Part shown: in pieces, positions 61,171-64,000 of the stretch
Layout: every line of letters begins with the position of its first letter
Numbering within the stretch: the first letter of the stretch is position 1
Assembly (NCBI RefSeq): GCF_001194135.2
Contig: NC_068987.1
Span: forward strand, 3,353,712-3,417,711
DNA: 64,000 nt
Source: Octopus bimaculoides
Taxonomy: Eukaryota
Direction: 5' to 3'
Program-made: the position numbers and the translations under genes
Notes under the pieces: model-generated
Seen by the model: the letters and a program-made list of their open reading frames with translations, nothing else
The model's database searches: none
Told to the model about the DNA's origin: nothing

Positions 61171-64000
61171 GAAGAAAATCTTGGATGGGGGATGAGGGAG
61201 ACAGGTGTGTAGGTATACCTGCTGGTCCTTTATATCACATGATACACAGGACCATTTCCCCTGGGCCTTGTACATCATATGTGACACACACATTCCCATA
61301 GGACTTATGAAAGGAAAGCTTTGTATTACCCAGAACAAAAAGGGCTAAAAATTTGAAATCGAACATGGACGTTTGGGAGAAACTCAGGAAAATTCTTTGG
61401 ACAGCATAAGGTTTAAATCATTTCTCGAATTTGTTTGTTTCTTTATTTTATTGATCCTTAAAGAAAATGAAAGGTGAAGGCGGGATTTCATTGTGGAACT
61501 TAGACCGCTTTACAGTGTTTAGTTACGGCCCTTTATCTTCGTGTTTTAATATGATGGTTCACTTTGTATGTGAACAAATCACATCCTACCGTCTTCAAGA
61601 GAAAGACGTGTCGGATAAGATAATGAAATCTTTGATAACTTTATACCTGAGAAAAAGAAAGAGACGGTGGTGGTTACGTCTGGATTGTCTGATCAAAGAT
61701 CTGTTCCATAAGACGATGATTAGGAACCAAACAGACAAAAGCGAAAGCAATTTGTCGCACTCTTTAGTCACTCGATTTGTTAGAAAGAGCAACTAAATCA
61801 CTTTATAATCATATTCCTACTGGCAAATAAATAAATAAAAATAATGCATTGGACAGTGTTGAGGATAAAGAATGGCTCCTTTTATTTAGGGCCTTCGAGA
61901 TTTGCGGGAGTAAGTTATGTAACGTAGGTGTTTGCTAAAAGCATTTACTGGCGAAAGTGTTTAGGATTAGGGTTAGGGTTATTGTTACACCAAAAACGAG
62001 CGGTGTACGTATTCTTTACCTCCGCCGATTCACTTAGGATTCCTAAGGATCAGGTGGTCAGTTTAAACCAGGCGACACATTAAGGCTATCACTACTCGTT
62101 TTTAATTCAGGCACTTGTATTTTATCAACCCCGGGAGGGATGATAGGCTAAGTTGACCTCGATAAGATTTGAAATCAGAACGTAAAAAAGCCTGTATAAA
62201 CACTGCCGGCCTTTTTTTTTCTTTCTTTTTCTACCGATCCTCTGTCTTTCACTGATCAGAGATCTTGGCTCCACCAGAATTGACCTGGGGTAGAGTTCAT
62301 TCATCACATACCGTTTTTGGTGTCATAAAAAACGCTCAGGTATATTAGATGCACCTTAATTTCAGAAGCGCATATTGGTGGTGATGGTGGGGGAGTTTTT
62401 AGTGCATTTAAAGAAAATTAACCTATGAGAGGACCAACTTCACATATAGGACCCGTACGATCGTAAACAGCATGTTAACCGTTTTCTTTGTCTGGGAAAT
62501 CACACGGTCGTTAATTTTACTAAATTGCTTTAAATTATTCAGCAATCAGTTTTAATTGATTGAAATTGCGAAGTGTTTATATCAGATAGCTTTCTGTTGA
62601 ATGAAATTCCACTCCAGCCTGTGTTATCAGTGGAGTTCAGAAATTTCGATCAAATTATTTTATTGAAATTCTCCTTGTTGGTTTTAGATTTTTACCCCCC
62701 CCCCTTCCCAGAGGGAGTTTTTAACTCCTATTTACTTGCATAATCTCACGATGTTTAAGTGGACAGACGTTTCTGAGAATTTGATATATTTGGACCACCA
62801 CGGGCGGTGATTGTCTTCGTACATGGCTCAACGGGATGCTTTTGCTATGTAAAGGAAGGGGTACATTCACAAATGTGTCCTTTCCTTGGCGGACGTGTCT
62901 CTTTCCTAATGTAGAATGGTGGGATCTTGCATCTTTTATTTATTTCAGTCAGTAGACTGCGGCCATGCTGGGGGCACCACCTTAAAAAAGCTTAGTTGAA
63001 TGAATCGGGTCCAGTGCTTTTTTTTTTAATACTAGTACTTATTCTATCAGTCTGTTTTGTCGAACCGCTAAGTTACAGGGACGTAAACACTCCAGCACCG
63101 GTTGTCAAGCCGAGGGTAGGGGAAAACGCAAAGACACTCATATATATATATATACGACCAACAGACTTCTGTCAGTTTCCGTCTACCCAATCCACTGACA
63201 AAGGTTTGGTCGGCCCGTGGTGTGCTGTTTTCAAGGTGAGGTGCGAATCTGCATTAGCCCCGAAGGCACTTGCTCAAGGCTCCACTCAGTGGGACTGAAC
63301 CCGGTACCGTGTGGTTGGGGAGCAAGCTTCTTACTACACAGCGTGTGAAATGGTTGTAATAGCAGATCGACGGGCTTTTAGAATAGTTATCGCTACTTCG
63401 TGGGGAAGAAAATAACAAAGGATTGGTCAGGTGGGGATAGTTTAATAATTTATCTACTAATACTAAATAGAAATTGGTTGTCGAAAATAAGAAGTTACCA
63501 ATATATCAAGAACTACATTGACTTCTCTATTTGCTTCAAAACGGTAGTCGGTCTATGGCAGGAAGAGCATTTGGTTTCTATGTCTAGCGTGTCGAGCAAC
63601 ACTATACAAGGCATCGTTATTATCAGCGAGACATACCTACGAACTTGCATGTCAACTTCCTTAAATGGGTGAAAATATTGTGAGACAGCGATAGAAACAA
63701 GGCAGTGCAAAATGATATTTTATTGCTCGGCCGCCAAGAATTCAATCCCCCCTCCTCCTCTCCTCTTTCTGTGTGTCTTAGTTACCATTTGTCTTGCAGC
63801 AGAGAGATGTCGTGAGAGGTGGCGAGTAATGAGAGAGGCGTTTCGTGAAGAAACAGTGTTGAAGTATCAATTACTTTGCGAAAAACGTGATAGATGGCGG
63901 AGAGAGAGAGAAAGTAGGATTTACCAAAATTTGCGCCAACGAACCGATTATAAAGAAATTTGTGGGGAAAGTTTTTTGTTTTTTTCGAGGGGGATGGGGA

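Noticed and set aside
61467-61796. 109-aa ORF as an exon of a downstream gene
   Set aside because: No recognisable homology or convincing acceptor/donor pair
61961-61980. TTAGGA-TTAGGG-TTAGGG as an interstitial telomere
   Set aside because: Only about three units; too short to support a claim

Overview
AT-rich, repeat-dense eukaryotic draft-genome window with nine N-gaps. SINE families, microsatellite load and intron sizes suggest a coleoid cephalopod, probably Octopus (inference). Two spliced genes are well supported by manual exon reconstruction: mitochondrial prolyl-tRNA synthetase PARS2 (+, 20482-41222, 12 visible coding exons, one probably hidden in a gap) and WBP4/FBP21 (-, 58311-48328, 8 visible coding exons, one probably hidden in a gap). 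An unrecognised small spliced gene with a hydrophobic C-terminal tail lies between them (+, about 44.7-46.7 kb). There are two weak first-exon candidates (8895-8802 on -, from 59619 on +). The remainder is tRNA-derived SINEs, LINE fragments (RTE, CR1-like, R4/Dong, Hero-like), a solo LTR nested in an RTE, mariner, Merlin, hAT and piggyBac-type remnants, and microsatellites. Main leads: a minimal hammerhead-ribozyme motif inside a 98-bp foldback in a PARS2 intron; two normally conserved PARS2 glycines encoded as AGY Ser in the exons flanking that intron, possibly restored by A-to-I editing; and a 30-bp insertion apparently templated from a nearby SINE copy. No database searches were run, so all family assignments come from motif recall.
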